Source: Candidatus Poribacteria bacterium (lineage in GTDB: Bacteria > Poribacteria > WGA-4E > UBA9662). From it: a DNA stretch of 64,000 nt. The DNA lies in NCBI GenBank assembly GCA_002709695.1, contig PAQF01000078.1:48351-112350 (forward strand), given 5' to 3'. The notes under the pieces are model-generated. The model was not told the DNA's origin. It did not search any database and worked only from the letters and a program-made list of their open reading frames with translations. Below are positions 37,897 through 47,872 of the stretch, one piece after another; positions within the stretch are counted from its first letter, which is position 1, and each line of letters begins with the position of its first letter. The position numbers were made by a program, and so were the translations under genes.

Positions 37897-38877
37897 GTGG
37901 ATAACTCAGGAGTATTTGATGGTCTAGAACCTTATATTTCGAAGTTTGATCCCAAATCGACTTCAAAATTGGTCTTTTGGCTGATCATCGTGCTTATTTC
38001 TTTGATTGCTGTTTCAACCTGTTTCTACACAGTGAAAGCTGATGAACAGGCTATAATTTTACGTTTTGGTAAGCATGTCGATACTACCTCTCCAGGTTTA
38101 CATTTTAAATTACCATTTGGCATTGACAGGAAATTTGCGGTTCCAGTTAAACAAATATTCAAAGAGGAATTTGGGTTTCGCACACGTAGTGCTGGAGTAC
38201 GGACACAATATGATCCTAATGATCAATCACAGGAATCACTCTTGCTCACGGGAGACCTCAATATTGCTGACGTTGAGTGGGTAGTCCAATTTCAAATAAT
38301 TGACCCACTGAAGTATCTATTTCAAATACGAAGGCCTGTGGCCGCACTACGTGACCTGAGTGAATCAGTAACAAGTTTGGTTGTTGGTGACCGTACGGTT
38401 ACTGAAGTGCTAACTGAGGGGCGAACCGAAACTCAAAACAAAGTGGAAGAACTATTAAAAACGAAATTAGCGGAATACAATACAGGCTTGAAAGTTGTCA
38501 AGGTTATCCTACAAGAAATCAATCCTCCTGAAACAGTAAAGCCTGCTTTTAATGCAGTCAATGAAGCAAAGCAGGAAAAGGAAAAGCTCATTAATGATGC
38601 TCTAAGGGATTATAACCAAGTTGTTCCGAAGGCGTCAGGAACTGCAAAAAAGCTAATTTCTGAAGCTGAAGGTTATGCGCTTCAACGAGTCAACGAAGCC
38701 AAAGGAGATGCCGACCGATTCGATTCGATTCGGAGGCAATATGACAAAGCTAAAGAAGTAACAAGAAAAAGACTCTATTTGGAAACAATGAGTGAAATAC
38801 TACCTAGTGTCGAAGAAGTTTATATTCTTGATGGTAAGTCTAACCAACCAATTCCAATCCTACAACTTGCAAAATGA
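37897..38877 (+). CDS. hflK: HflK (SPFH/band-7 membrane protease modulator)
   Basis: N-terminal TM. YTVKADEQAIILRFGKH...GLHFKLPF SPFH signature. Paired with the hflC-like gene. Confidence 0.8.
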   Translation: MDNSGVFDGLEPYISKFDPKSTSKLVFWLIIVLISLIAVSTCFYTVKADEQAIILRFGKHVDTTSPGLHFKLPFGIDRKFAVPVKQIFKEEFGFRTRSAGVRTQYDPNDQSQESLLLTGDLNIADVEWVVQFQIIDPLKYLFQIRRPVAALRDLSESVTSLVVGDRTVTEVLTEGRTETQNKVEELLKTKLAEYNTGLKVVKVILQEINPPETVKPAFNAVNEAKQEKEKLINDALRDYNQVVPKASGTAKKLISEAEGYALQRVNEAKGDADRFDSIRRQYDKAKEVTRKRLYLETMSEILPSVEEVYILDGKSNQPIPILQLAK

Positions 38878-38891
38878 AAGGGGAATCTTAA

Positions 38892-39842
38892 GTGAATAAT
38901 CAGACTTTGATCATTCTTGGCCTTGTTGTTGCTATTGTGGTTTCCGTTTCTAGTAGTGTTTTTTATGTTGTTCGTGAAGACGAACAGGTTGTCATTACTC
39001 AGTTTGGTAAGCCTATTGGGCAAACTGAAACAACTGCCGGACTAAAAGTTAAAGTTCCATTTATTCAAAAGATCGACCGATTCGATAAGCGAATTTTAGA
39101 ATGGGACGGGCTAGCTAATGAAGTGCCGACCAAGGACAAAAGGTTTATTTGGTTAGATACTACAGCACGTTGGCGTATCGTAGATGCCTTAAAGTTTTTT
39201 CAGTCACTTAAAACGCAGCAGAATGCTCAATCACGTCTTGATGATATTCTTAATTCTGCGGCGCGTGATTTGGTAACAGGTAATAAGCTAGTTGAAGTGG
39301 TTCGGAATTCGAATCGTATTCTAAACCTAGATAACCTGAATGTAGAAGAAGAGCAAACCACTGAGCAGATTGAAAAAATTGAAGTTGGGAGAGGTAAAAT
39401 CGCCCAATTGATTCTGGAAAAAGCACGAACGAATTTGTCTGAAGAATTTGGTATAGAGATTGTTGACGTTCAGATAAAGCGGATTAATTACGTTGATGAA
39501 GTCCGCCAAAAAGTCTTCCTAAGAATGATTTCGGAACGCCAACGAATTGCTTCGAAATATAAGTCAGAAGGCGAAGGTGAAGCTGCTAATATTGAGGGAC
39601 AAAAACAAAAAGAGTTACAACGAATTCAGTCTGATGCATACAAAACCGCAGAGCAGATTAAAGGTCAAGCTGACGCGGAAGCTATCGAGATCTATGCTGA
39701 AGCTCATAGTAAAGATCCTGAGTTCTTTGCCTTTATAGAATCTCTTGAGACTTATCGGAAGACGATTGGCGACACGGAGAACACCAAGCTTTTTCTGACA
39801 ACTGATAGTGATCTATACAAATATTTTAAGAAAATCGATTGA
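38892..39842 (+). CDS. hflC: HflC (SPFH/band-7 family), GTG start
   Basis: N-terminal TM. YVVREDEQVVITQFGKP...GLKVKVPF. 14 nt after hflK. Confidence 0.8.
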   Translation: MNNQTLIILGLVVAIVVSVSSSVFYVVREDEQVVITQFGKPIGQTETTAGLKVKVPFIQKIDRFDKRILEWDGLANEVPTKDKRFIWLDTTARWRIVDALKFFQSLKTQQNAQSRLDDILNSAARDLVTGNKLVEVVRNSNRILNLDNLNVEEEQTTEQIEKIEVGRGKIAQLILEKARTNLSEEFGIEIVDVQIKRINYVDEVRQKVFLRMISERQRIASKYKSEGEGEAANIEGQKQKELQRIQSDAYKTAEQIKGQADAEAIEIYAEAHSKDPEFFAFIESLETYRKTIGDTENTKLFLTTDSDLYKYFKKID

Positions 39843-39881
39843 TTTTAAAACAAGAAATAATTCTACTAGGCGTGTGCCAAT

Positions 39882-39914
39882 ATAACTATTGCAAATTTAA
39901 GTTGCAATAGTTAT
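39882..39914 (+). terminator. Hairpin (13-bp stem, 7-nt loop) followed by a T-rich tract, 40 nt downstream of hflC; candidate intrinsic terminator
   Basis: TAACTATTGCAA-atttaag-TTGCAATAGTTA is a perfect inverted repeat, followed by TTTATTG. The stem is AT-rich, so stability is modest. Confidence 0.35.
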
Positions 39915-40356
39915 TTATTGAAGCTATAGGACGGCTAGACATAAAGGGGCTTTCTACACACACATGCCAAATAGGAGGTCTAAAACCTTCAGAGGATTTA
40001 GGAATCCCAGTTCCTTCCTAGCGTTCTAATAATCTTTATCGTTTTGGGCTTAGTAATGTTCTTTGTTTTTTCAAATTGTTGTGTTGGCTAGAGTTGGCTA
40101 CGTAGCATAGAAAAAAGTACTTTTTGATCTCAGCTCTTTGTTAAGTAAGCTGGTGCTATTTTGCGATGGTGCTTGGGACAGTTGATTATATAGGGTTCGG
40201 GTCAGGTTATACTTGAGTTTTGAATGTCACTAGTTTAACATTCAGGAATATCTAACCTTTTTATATTTATTAAAGAAAATAGCATAATAAAGTTGCAGGG
40301 TGTGCCTGCTTATGATACCATTGGTGTATCATTGGTGACCGCTTTATTATAAAGAT

Positions 40357-41355
40357 ATGAGACAAGGGCATTTAGTCGATCGTTTTAACCGTATTGCTAC
40401 GAATCTTCGTGTTTCTGTAACGGATATTTGTAATCTACGGTGTACATATTGCATGTCAGAAGACATGCAGTTCATTGATGAATCTAAGATCATGACGTTT
40501 GATGAAATCGAACAGCTCATCCGAGTTGCTGTCAGTCTTGGTGTGGACAAGGTTCGGATTACTGGAGGAGAACCGCTCGTTCGACGCGGTTTATCTGATT
40601 TAATATCAAAGGTTATAAAAATTGATGGTATCAAAGATGTTAGTCTAACAACCAATGGTATAGGTTTGGCGAAGCAGGCGCAAGCTCTATATGATGTGGG
40701 ACTGCGCCGCATCAATGTTAGTCTTGATACTCTGAGTAAAGCGAAATTTCAGCAAATAACGCGTCGAGAGGCACTGGCAAAAGTTTTAGAGGGACTCGAA
40801 GAAGCAAAACGGTGTGGTTTTGATCCCATTAAGATTAATGCAGTTGCGATGCGCGGATTTACCGAAGAGGAAGTTGTAAATTTGGTTTCGTTTGCACGTG
40901 AGAATTCTTACGAAATGCGCTTTATCGAGTTTATGCCCCTTGATGCAGATGACATTTGGGGACGAAACATGTTTGTACCCAAAAAAGAGTTAGTAGATAA
41001 AATCACGAAGCTTTATCCTCTTGAGCCTGTTAAGAGTAGTTCCAAGTTAAAACACGAGACGGCAAAACACTATCAATTTAAGGATGGCTTGGGAAAAGTA
41101 GGATTTATTTCTTCGGTCAGTGAACCTTTTTGTGATGATTGTAACCGTGTTCGTTTGACTGCAGATGGCAAGTTTCGGAACTGCCTGTTTGCAACTGACG
41201 AAACAGATTTATTAACGGAACTTCGTAAAGGAGCTTCTAACGAAGTGATTGCTAAAATGATGATTGAATCAGTTGCTAATAAGGAAGCTGGACATCTGAT
41301 TAACTCAGTTGATTTTGTTAAGCCAGAGCGTAATATGTCAATGATTGGTGGATAA
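40357..41355 (+). CDS. moaA: GTP 3',8-cyclase (molybdenum cofactor biosynthesis protein A), radical SAM
   Basis: CNLRCTYCM radical-SAM motif near the N-terminus. C-terminal second cluster motif CDDCNRVRLTADG. 332 aa. Confidence 0.9.
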   Translation: MRQGHLVDRFNRIATNLRVSVTDICNLRCTYCMSEDMQFIDESKIMTFDEIEQLIRVAVSLGVDKVRITGGEPLVRRGLSDLISKVIKIDGIKDVSLTTNGIGLAKQAQALYDVGLRRINVSLDTLSKAKFQQITRREALAKVLEGLEEAKRCGFDPIKINAVAMRGFTEEEVVNLVSFARENSYEMRFIEFMPLDADDIWGRNMFVPKKELVDKITKLYPLEPVKSSSKLKHETAKHYQFKDGLGKVGFISSVSEPFCDDCNRVRLTADGKFRNCLFATDETDLLTELRKGASNEVIAKMMIESVANKEAGHLINSVDFVKPERNMSMIGG

Positions 41356-41431
41356 GAGGTAAATTAGAAATTAAAGTTTTTGCCATGCAGATGCGATATC
41401 AATAAAAAGTAAGGAAAGCTATTTAAATTAA

Positions 41432-42256
41432 ATGAGTGATAATTTAGTTATTAATAATTTGCGTGTAAATGTCGCAGGAGGGGAAATCCTAAAAGGTCTT
41501 TCTCTATCAGTGAAATCTGGTGAAATTCACGCGCTAATGGGGCCAAATGGTTGCGGCAAAAGCACGCTTGCTAACGCTTTGATGGGGCACCCGAATTATA
41601 ATGTTGATTCTGGTAGTGTAACCCTTAATGAGATCGATGTCCTTGAACTTGGACCAGATGAGCGTGCAAAGTTAGGCCTGTTTTTAGCTTTTCAATACCC
41701 TACAGCAATTCCTGGGGTAACCTTAGCAAATTTTCTTCGGATGGCGGTTAGTGCTGTACGAATTGTCGATGGTAATGATGCTGCTACGACGTCGCTGGTA
41801 CCAATGCGTGAGTTTCGAAAAGAACTGCGTGGAAAGATGGAGGAGCTTGGTGTTGATGATTCGTTTGCACGTCGTTATCTCAATGATGGTCTTTCCGGAG
41901 GAGAGAAAAAGCGAGCAGAGGTCTTACAACTTGCTATGCTCGAACCAAAAATTGCGATTCTTGACGAAACTGATTCTGGGCTTGATATTGATGCGATAAA
42001 GGTGGTAGGGGAAAGTGTCAATCAGCTTGTAGGTCCGAATCTAGGCGTATTAATTATTACGCATTATCCAAGACTTTTGAATTATATAAAACCCCATTTT
42101 GTTCATGTTATTTTGGATGGCAGGATCGTTGAATCTGGTGGTTGGGAGCTTGCAGAGAGACTTGAAGCAGAAGGGTATGATGCTATACGCGAAAAACATG
42201 GTGTTGAATTCGTACAACAAACAGATCCGAAACTCGATGCTCCAATTCAAATATAA
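41432..42256 (+). CDS. sufC: Fe-S cluster assembly ATPase SufC
   Basis: Walker A GPNGCGKST, signature LSGGEKKR, Walker B ILDETDSGLD. Followed by sufB and sufD. Confidence 0.9.
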   Translation: MSDNLVINNLRVNVAGGEILKGLSLSVKSGEIHALMGPNGCGKSTLANALMGHPNYNVDSGSVTLNEIDVLELGPDERAKLGLFLAFQYPTAIPGVTLANFLRMAVSAVRIVDGNDAATTSLVPMREFRKELRGKMEELGVDDSFARRYLNDGLSGGEKKRAEVLQLAMLEPKIAILDETDSGLDIDAIKVVGESVNQLVGPNLGVLIITHYPRLLNYIKPHFVHVILDGRIVESGGWELAERLEAEGYDAIREKHGVEFVQQTDPKLDAPIQI

Positions 42257-42280
42257 GATCTGAATGCAAAGAAGGTAAAA

Positions 42281-43684
42281 ATGTCAATAAATAAGGCTGA
42301 AGTTGGTATTGGTGACTACAAATACGGTTTTCACGACGACGTGGCACCAGTTTTCAAATCTCGCAAAGGTTTGGACAGTGAGATTATTAACCAAATATCT
42401 GAAATGAAATCTGAACCGGATTGGATGCGTGAATTCCGGCTCGAAGCGTATGAAATTTTTAAGGCGAAGTCTGATGTTAATTGGGGCGGGCATCTCGCCG
42501 CACTCGATTTTAATGACATATACTACTACGTAAAAGCCTCGGATCGTCCTGAGCGTAATTGGGAAGATGTACCGGAAGATATCAAGAAAACCTTTGATCG
42601 TCTAGGGATTCCTGAAGCTGAAAGGAAGTTTCTTGCCGGTGTTGGAGCTCAGTATGATTCCGAAGTCGTTTACCATAGTGCACGGGAAGAGCTTGAGAAA
42701 ATAGGTGTTCTCTTTCTCGATACAGATACCGCACTAAAAGAACACCCTGATCTGTTCCGAGAGTATTTTGGGACAGTCATACCATCTTTGGATAATAAGT
42801 TTGCAGCTCTGAATAGTGCTGTGTGGAGTGGCGGTAGCTTCATATATGTACCTCCCGGAGTGAAAGTTGACTATCCACTCCAAGCATATTTTCGAATTAA
42901 CACCGAGAATATGGGCCAATTTGAACGGACATTGATCGTTGTTGATGAAGGGGCAGAAGTTCATTATGTCGAAGGGTGCACCGCACCAACCTATTCGAGT
43001 GAATCTTTGCACAGTGCAGTCGTCGAAATCGTTTGCAAACCGCACTCACGTGTTCGTTATACGACCATTCAAAATTGGGCCGGTAATGTCTATAATCTAG
43101 TAACAAAACGTGCTATGGCATACGAAGGTGCCACCATGGAATGGGTCGATGGTAATCTTGGTAGTAAGTTGACTATGAAATATCCAAGTGTCTATATGGT
43201 TGAAGAAGGGGCCCATGGTGAGATACTCTCGATTGCCTTTTCTGGAGCTAATCAGCACCAAGATGCTGGTGGGAAAGTAGTACATCTCGCCCCAAATACT
43301 ACTTCACGAATTATTTCTAAATCAATAAGTAAGAATGGTGGTCGCTCAAGTTATCGAGGGTTGTTAAAGGTTGCCAAAAATGCAACTGGCTGCAAATCGA
43401 ATGTCGTTTGCGATGCGCTTATGCTAGATTCTGACTCTCGTTCTGATACTTATCCATATATAGAAGTTGATACTGCGGATGTTACCGTTGAGCATGAGGC
43501 TCGTGTTAGCAAAATTGGTGAAGAGCAACTCTTTTATCTTATGAGTCGCGGACTTTCTGAGGAGGATGCCTCAACGATGATTGTGAATGGATTTATCGAA
43601 CCACTTGTTAAAGAACTTCCAATGGAATATGCCGTAGAGATGAACCGATTAATTCAATTACAAATGGAAGGCTCTATTGGTTAA
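42281..43684 (+). CDS. sufB: Fe-S cluster assembly protein SufB
   Basis: 467 aa. Conserved SufB C-terminal beta-helix region (...[39 protein letters not shown]...). Confidence 0.9.
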   Translation: MSINKAEVGIGDYKYGFHDDVAPVFKSRKGLDSEIINQISEMKSEPDWMREFRLEAYEIFKAKSDVNWGGHLAALDFNDIYYYVKASDRPERNWEDVPEDIKKTFDRLGIPEAERKFLAGVGAQYDSEVVYHSAREELEKIGVLFLDTDTALKEHPDLFREYFGTVIPSLDNKFAALNSAVWSGGSFIYVPPGVKVDYPLQAYFRINTENMGQFERTLIVVDEGAEVHYVEGCTAPTYSSESLHSAVVEIVCKPHSRVRYTTIQNWAGNVYNLVTKRAMAYEGATMEWVDGNLGSKLTMKYPSVYMVEEGAHGEILSIAFSGANQHQDAGGKVVHLAPNTTSRIISKSISKNGGRSSYRGLLKVAKNATGCKSNVVCDALMLDSDSRSDTYPYIEVDTADVTVEHEARVSKIGEEQLFYLMSRGLSEEDASTMIVNGFIEPLVKELPMEYAVEMNRLIQLQMEGSIG

Positions 43685-43734
43685 CTTGTGCTGTTAAGAT
43701 TAAGAAGGCTACTGGGCTGGGAGCAAATCAAGTT

Positions 43735-45039
43735 ATGACATCTGGTTTTACTCGTGAATCTGTTGCTCAGATTTCTGAGTTTCAAAACGAACCTCCTTGG
43801 ATGCTCGAGAGAAGAATTCAAGCTTTTCAAATTTTTGAACAGCTCCCGCTTCCAAAAACGAACGACGAAAGTTGGCGCCGAACTGACATTCGAGGGCTGA
43901 ATCTCGAACAATTTCAACTGGTTACTTCGAATAAATCGCAAACTAATGGTAGATACTCTGAGCTTTTCTCTGGTGTAGAAGAGCAAGAAAATTCTGGATT
44001 AATTGTTCAGAACGATGTATCTGTGATTCATTCTACACTTTCAGATTTCCTTATTAATAAAGGAGTATATTTTTCTGGATTCAAGACAGCACTGGATGAA
44101 CGACCGGATCTTCTCGAAAACTATCTATGTCAGACAATTCAATCAACAGAAAATAAATTTAATGCAATGCATAACGCATTTTTACAAAGTGGTTATGTGT
44201 TATATGTACCCAAAGGAGTAGTAATTGATTTTCCTTTGCGGGTTATTGTTTCATTGTCTGGCGAATCAACCGCTGATTTTTCGCATACATTGATTATTGC
44301 TGACGATGAAAGTCAAGTAACTATACTTGAAGAACATCTTTCAGTTGATCAACAAGGACAGGGTTTACATTGTGGTGGTGTTGAAATATTTCTTGGTCGA
44401 AATGCTTTTGTCAATTATGCCCAAGTTCAGAATTGGAACAAAAAAGTCTGGAATTTCTCAACGCAAAGGGCTAAGCTCGAACGCGGTGCTAACCTGCGTT
44501 GGATTACTACGTCATTAGGAAGTCGCTTGAGTAAGTTAGATCAATTGGTTGAAATGAATGGAGAAGGGAGCCATGCTGATCTTTTAGGGCTAACTGCGAC
44601 ACATGCACGCCAACATATTGATATTCATACTTATCAGAAACATGCTGTTTCAAACAGTACAAGCAATTTACTATATCGGAACGTCTTAAAAGATCGATCC
44701 AGAACGGTTTGGCGAGGTATGATTGAAGTTGATAAAGGCGCACAAAAGATCGATTCTTACCAACAAAATGACAATTTGATTTTGAGCAAGCGAGCCCGTG
44801 CCGATACAATTCCAGGGTTAGAGATCTTGGCAGATGATGTTCGTTGTACTCATGGAGCAACGGCTGGAAAAATCGATCAAGAACAGGTGTTCTACTTGAT
44901 GAGCCGAGGTTTGTCTTATAACCAAGCTGAACAGACAATTGTTAATGGCTTTTTTGAATCAGTTTTACAGCGAATTCCACTAGAATATTTACGTAACCAA
45001 TTACAAAAATCAATTGTAGGTAAACTGCAATTGAATTAA
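43735..45039 (+). CDS. sufD: Fe-S cluster assembly protein SufD
   Basis: 434 aa SufB/SufD-family paralog (…[28 protein letters not shown]…) directly after sufB. Confidence 0.8.
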   Translation: MTSGFTRESVAQISEFQNEPPWMLERRIQAFQIFEQLPLPKTNDESWRRTDIRGLNLEQFQLVTSNKSQTNGRYSELFSGVEEQENSGLIVQNDVSVIHSTLSDFLINKGVYFSGFKTALDERPDLLENYLCQTIQSTENKFNAMHNAFLQSGYVLYVPKGVVIDFPLRVIVSLSGESTADFSHTLIIADDESQVTILEEHLSVDQQGQGLHCGGVEIFLGRNAFVNYAQVQNWNKKVWNFSTQRAKLERGANLRWITTSLGSRLSKLDQLVEMNGEGSHADLLGLTATHARQHIDIHTYQKHAVSNSTSNLLYRNVLKDRSRTVWRGMIEVDKGAQKIDSYQQNDNLILSKRARADTIPGLEILADDVRCTHGATAGKIDQEQVFYLMSRGLSYNQAEQTIVNGFFESVLQRIPLEYLRNQLQKSIVGKLQLN

Positions 45040-45068
45040 TTATTTCCAAAATCTAAGGAGAAAATAAG

Positions 45069-45431
45069 ATGAACCAGCCGAAAATTACTGGATATATGAA
45101 GCCTACCTGTGGATGGAGTCAAGGTGTACGAGCTGTTCTACAGAAATACAACTTGGAATATGAAGATCGAGATATCATAAACAACCCAAATAATTATCAA
45201 GAAATGGTTGAAAAAACTGGTCAGCCGTACCAACCATGTGTTCAAGTTGGTGATGTGATTTTAGCCGATGTGAGCGGGGAAGAAGTCGAGTCCTATCTCC
45301 TTCAGGAAGAAATCGTTAAACCCATTGAGACTGATTTAGATGTAGCTACAGATCGCGGATGTTCCGATGAAGAACATGCTGCTATGCGTGCTGAAGCTGC
45401 TACGCAATGGACCAACTTTTCCTCTGAGTAG
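45069..45431 (+). CDS. Glutaredoxin-like thioredoxin-fold protein (C-G-W-S motif)
   Basis: 120 aa. KPTCGWSQG near the N-terminus resembles a monothiol/CxxS glutaredoxin-like active site. Located in the suf cluster. Confidence 0.45.
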   Translation: MNQPKITGYMKPTCGWSQGVRAVLQKYNLEYEDRDIINNPNNYQEMVEKTGQPYQPCVQVGDVILADVSGEEVESYLLQEEIVKPIETDLDVATDRGCSDEEHAAMRAEAATQWTNFSSE

Positions 45432-45524
45432 TACGCTAATTTATCTTCTTTGGTCGATGTAAAAGAAATAGAAATTAGAGTGTGTCAGTTTTTGGCTTTT
45501 TTGAGGTTAATATAGAATTATTCA

Positions 45525-45836
45525 ATGAGTGATTTTTTTAGAGTTGCTAAGACAAGTGAGATTCCAAAAGGGGGAAAGAAACTGGTTGAAGTTGATTTTT
45601 TACCAGTTGCAATTTTCAATATCGGTGGTGAGTACTATGCCATAGAAGATGTTTGTACTCATGATGGAGGACCGCTTGCTGAAGGTGAATTAGAGAACGA
45701 AGAGATCGTATGTCCTAGGCATGGAGCGCGCTTCAATGTTAAGACAGGACAAGCTCTATGTATGCCTGCATTCGAAGACGTAGAATGCTATGAAGTTAAG
45801 ATTGAAAATGACAAAATTTACGTTAGTGTTGATTGA
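45525..45836 (+). CDS. Rieske [2Fe-2S] ferredoxin-like protein
   Basis: CTHDGGPL...CPRHGARF (CxH...CxxH Rieske motif). 103 aa. Confidence 0.7.
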   Translation: MSDFFRVAKTSEIPKGGKKLVEVDFLPVAIFNIGGEYYAIEDVCTHDGGPLAEGELENEEIVCPRHGARFNVKTGQALCMPAFEDVECYEVKIENDKIYVSVD

Positions 45837-45842
45837 AGTGAA

Positions 45843-46157
45843 ATGAAGGGAATAACTATGGTTACTGAAGAAATTGTTCTCGAACAGATAAAGCAAATTA
45901 TAGATCCAGATATTGGCCTAAACATCGTGGATATGGGATTAATTTATGGTGTGGACATCAACGATGATATTGTAAATATTACTATGACTTTAACTAGTCC
46001 AGGCTGTCCTGCAGCTCCACAATTGTTGAATGGATCGCAAACTGTTGTTCAACAATTAGATGGTGTCGAAGAAGTGAATGTCAATGTTGTGTGGACTCCA
46101 CCGTGGGATCCAGAAATGATGAGCGAGGAAGCAAAAGACGAACTTGGAATTTTTTAA
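45843..46157 (+). CDS. DUF59/MIP18-family (SufT-like) Fe-S assembly protein
   Basis: IIDPDIGLNIVDMGLIYGV...TMTLTSPGCPAAP is the DUF59 signature. Last gene of the suf block. Confidence 0.7.
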   Translation: MKGITMVTEEIVLEQIKQIIDPDIGLNIVDMGLIYGVDINDDIVNITMTLTSPGCPAAPQLLNGSQTVVQQLDGVEEVNVNVVWTPPWDPEMMSEEAKDELGIF

Positions 46158-46173
46158 TAGGAATGAGTATTAG

Positions 46174-47817
46174 TCATCGAACTGTAATTCGTACAGTCCC
46201 TTCGTATGGGGTGATTGGCGCTAATATGAGTCGAGCAACTTTGCTATCATTCTTTACTTGGAAAATCTTGTGTTCCATCCTCCCTCCTTCTATTTGAATT
46301 CGATCCTTGTCGTTTTCGATGATAGCTAGTTCTTCAGAAAGAAAGACAGTGTCAGTTTCTCTTAGATCCCAATTGCAATCTCCAACAAATAAAGTGCCGA
46401 TCTTCCTTATACCAAGTTCGATAATGAGTGGAATGCCTACCCATCCTTCAGTTGTAAAGTTCAATTCAAAACCATCCTTAATTCGATCAATTTCTATGAA
46501 GATCCTTAAATTCAAGGCAACCACTTCACGTCTTTTAGATTTGGGTCGGAATACACACTGGATGGTCTCACTCTCAGCTAAATAAGTTTTTCGATCAATG
46601 GCAAGACCTGTCATCAGCACGTGACGAAATCCTTGGTAAACACTGCTCATTGACATACTATCGATAGCTATGCTGTGGTTATGAAGCGAGAAAAAGTTAC
46701 TCTGATTGCCTATGATAGTTGTGCTTGTTTTTCCCGAACGAATGAATGCGATATTCGATTTCTGGTAAAATCTCTCATATTGATCGTTCATAGGTAATCG
46801 ATTGATCCAATCGTTGTCAATCTCCAACTCTGTTTCAAGAAATTGTCCAATATTAGATGTGACAAACAAACGCGAATTATTACCGAGTTGAAAGTTAGGA
46901 TTGGGATGATTTAAGTACGGTCTAATTATCCCATTATCAAAACGGCTAAGGTATGCATTTAGCGTCAAATCACCAGCTGTAGCATATAAGCCATTTTGGT
47001 CCACAATCGACATTTTTTTCCAGACGGCATAGCCGGAAGGAAGCCCATTTTCAAAACCTGATTCTGAGAATCCTGTGGTGGCTTCACCGTTTGATCGAAA
47101 TGTATACAGTAAAAAATTGAGGTTCCGCCGCACAAAATCTAATAAGTCAAGTTGGCCCAAACGTTCAGCAAAACTTAAGATTGCAGCATTAACAATCATG
47201 TTTGAGGTTGAACTTCGGTCTGGGTAAAGGCCATCGGCACTAATTTCGATTCCATCTTGGATGTACGATCTCGCTTTTCTATTAATTTCTGGGTCATCGA
47301 AGAGGTAATCGTACTCAAGAAGGGCTTCAGCAATTAGAAATTGGTGATGATTTAGCAGAACAGGCTCATTTTGAACTCCATTTACGGCTTTATCCAAAAA
47401 GTCTTTTACCTGATCAGAAAAATCGTTATTAACAGTTGGGTCTCGTACTAGCCATTTATATGTACGTAATAATGCCAACATAGAAACTGCGGTACTTGGC
47501 AGGGAAATTTCGGGTTCGCAGTAAAAACCTCTAACTGTACCATCTTGGTTTTGTGACCTAAGCAAGAATTTGATGGTGAGTTCCATTCGATCGAAGAGAT
47601 CTTCCCTATAGTGGTAATGAGAGTCTGAGTTGACGTAGAGTTGTGCTAGAATGGATAAAATATTTGCTGCGGCCCATGGTTCGCAAACTAATTTCTCAGG
47701 ACAACGAAACCCTCCAGAATCGGAGTTAGACTCTTCTAACACTTGGCTGTGTAGCACGCAACCAGCATAAATTTCGGCGAGGTCAAGAATGGATTTGTAA
47801 TTGGCTCTCGTTGTCAT
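46174..47817 (-). CDS. Hypothetical protein, possibly alpha/alpha-toroid (heparinase II/III- or glycoside-hydrolase-like) fold
   Basis: 547-aa ORF with no signal peptide. Rich in aromatic residues. No catalytic motif recognised with confidence. Confidence 0.35.
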   Translation of the reverse strand: MTTRANYKSILDLAEIYAGCVLHSQVLEESNSDSGGFRCPEKLVCEPWAAANILSILAQLYVNSDSHYHYREDLFDRMELTIKFLLRSQNQDGTVRGFYCEPEISLPSTAVSMLALLRTYKWLVRDPTVNNDFSDQVKDFLDKAVNGVQNEPVLLNHHQFLIAEALLEYDYLFDDPEINRKARSYIQDGIEISADGLYPDRSSTSNMIVNAAILSFAERLGQLDLLDFVRRNLNFLLYTFRSNGEATTGFSESGFENGLPSGYAVWKKMSIVDQNGLYATAGDLTLNAYLSRFDNGIIRPYLNHPNPNFQLGNNSRLFVTSNIGQFLETELEIDNDWINRLPMNDQYERFYQKSNIAFIRSGKTSTTIIGNQSNFFSLHNHSIAIDSMSMSSVYQGFRHVLMTGLAIDRKTYLAESETIQCVFRPKSKRREVVALNLRIFIEIDRIKDGFELNFTTEGWVGIPLIIELGIRKIGTLFVGDCNWDLRETDTVFLSEELAIIENDKDRIQIEGGRMEHKIFQVKNDSKVARLILAPITPYEGTVRITVR

Positions 47818-47872
47818 TGATTTTAGTTTTCAATTTCTATGCTTAACTATGTGGGTCTTAGAGTCTGTTTTT

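Noticed and set aside
39843-40356. Possible molybdenum-cofactor riboswitch in the 514-bp leader upstream of moaA
   Set aside because: I could not identify the conserved Moco-riboswitch core elements by eye. Only a generic AT-rich hairpin (39882..39914), better explained as the hflC terminator. Needs an Rfam scan.
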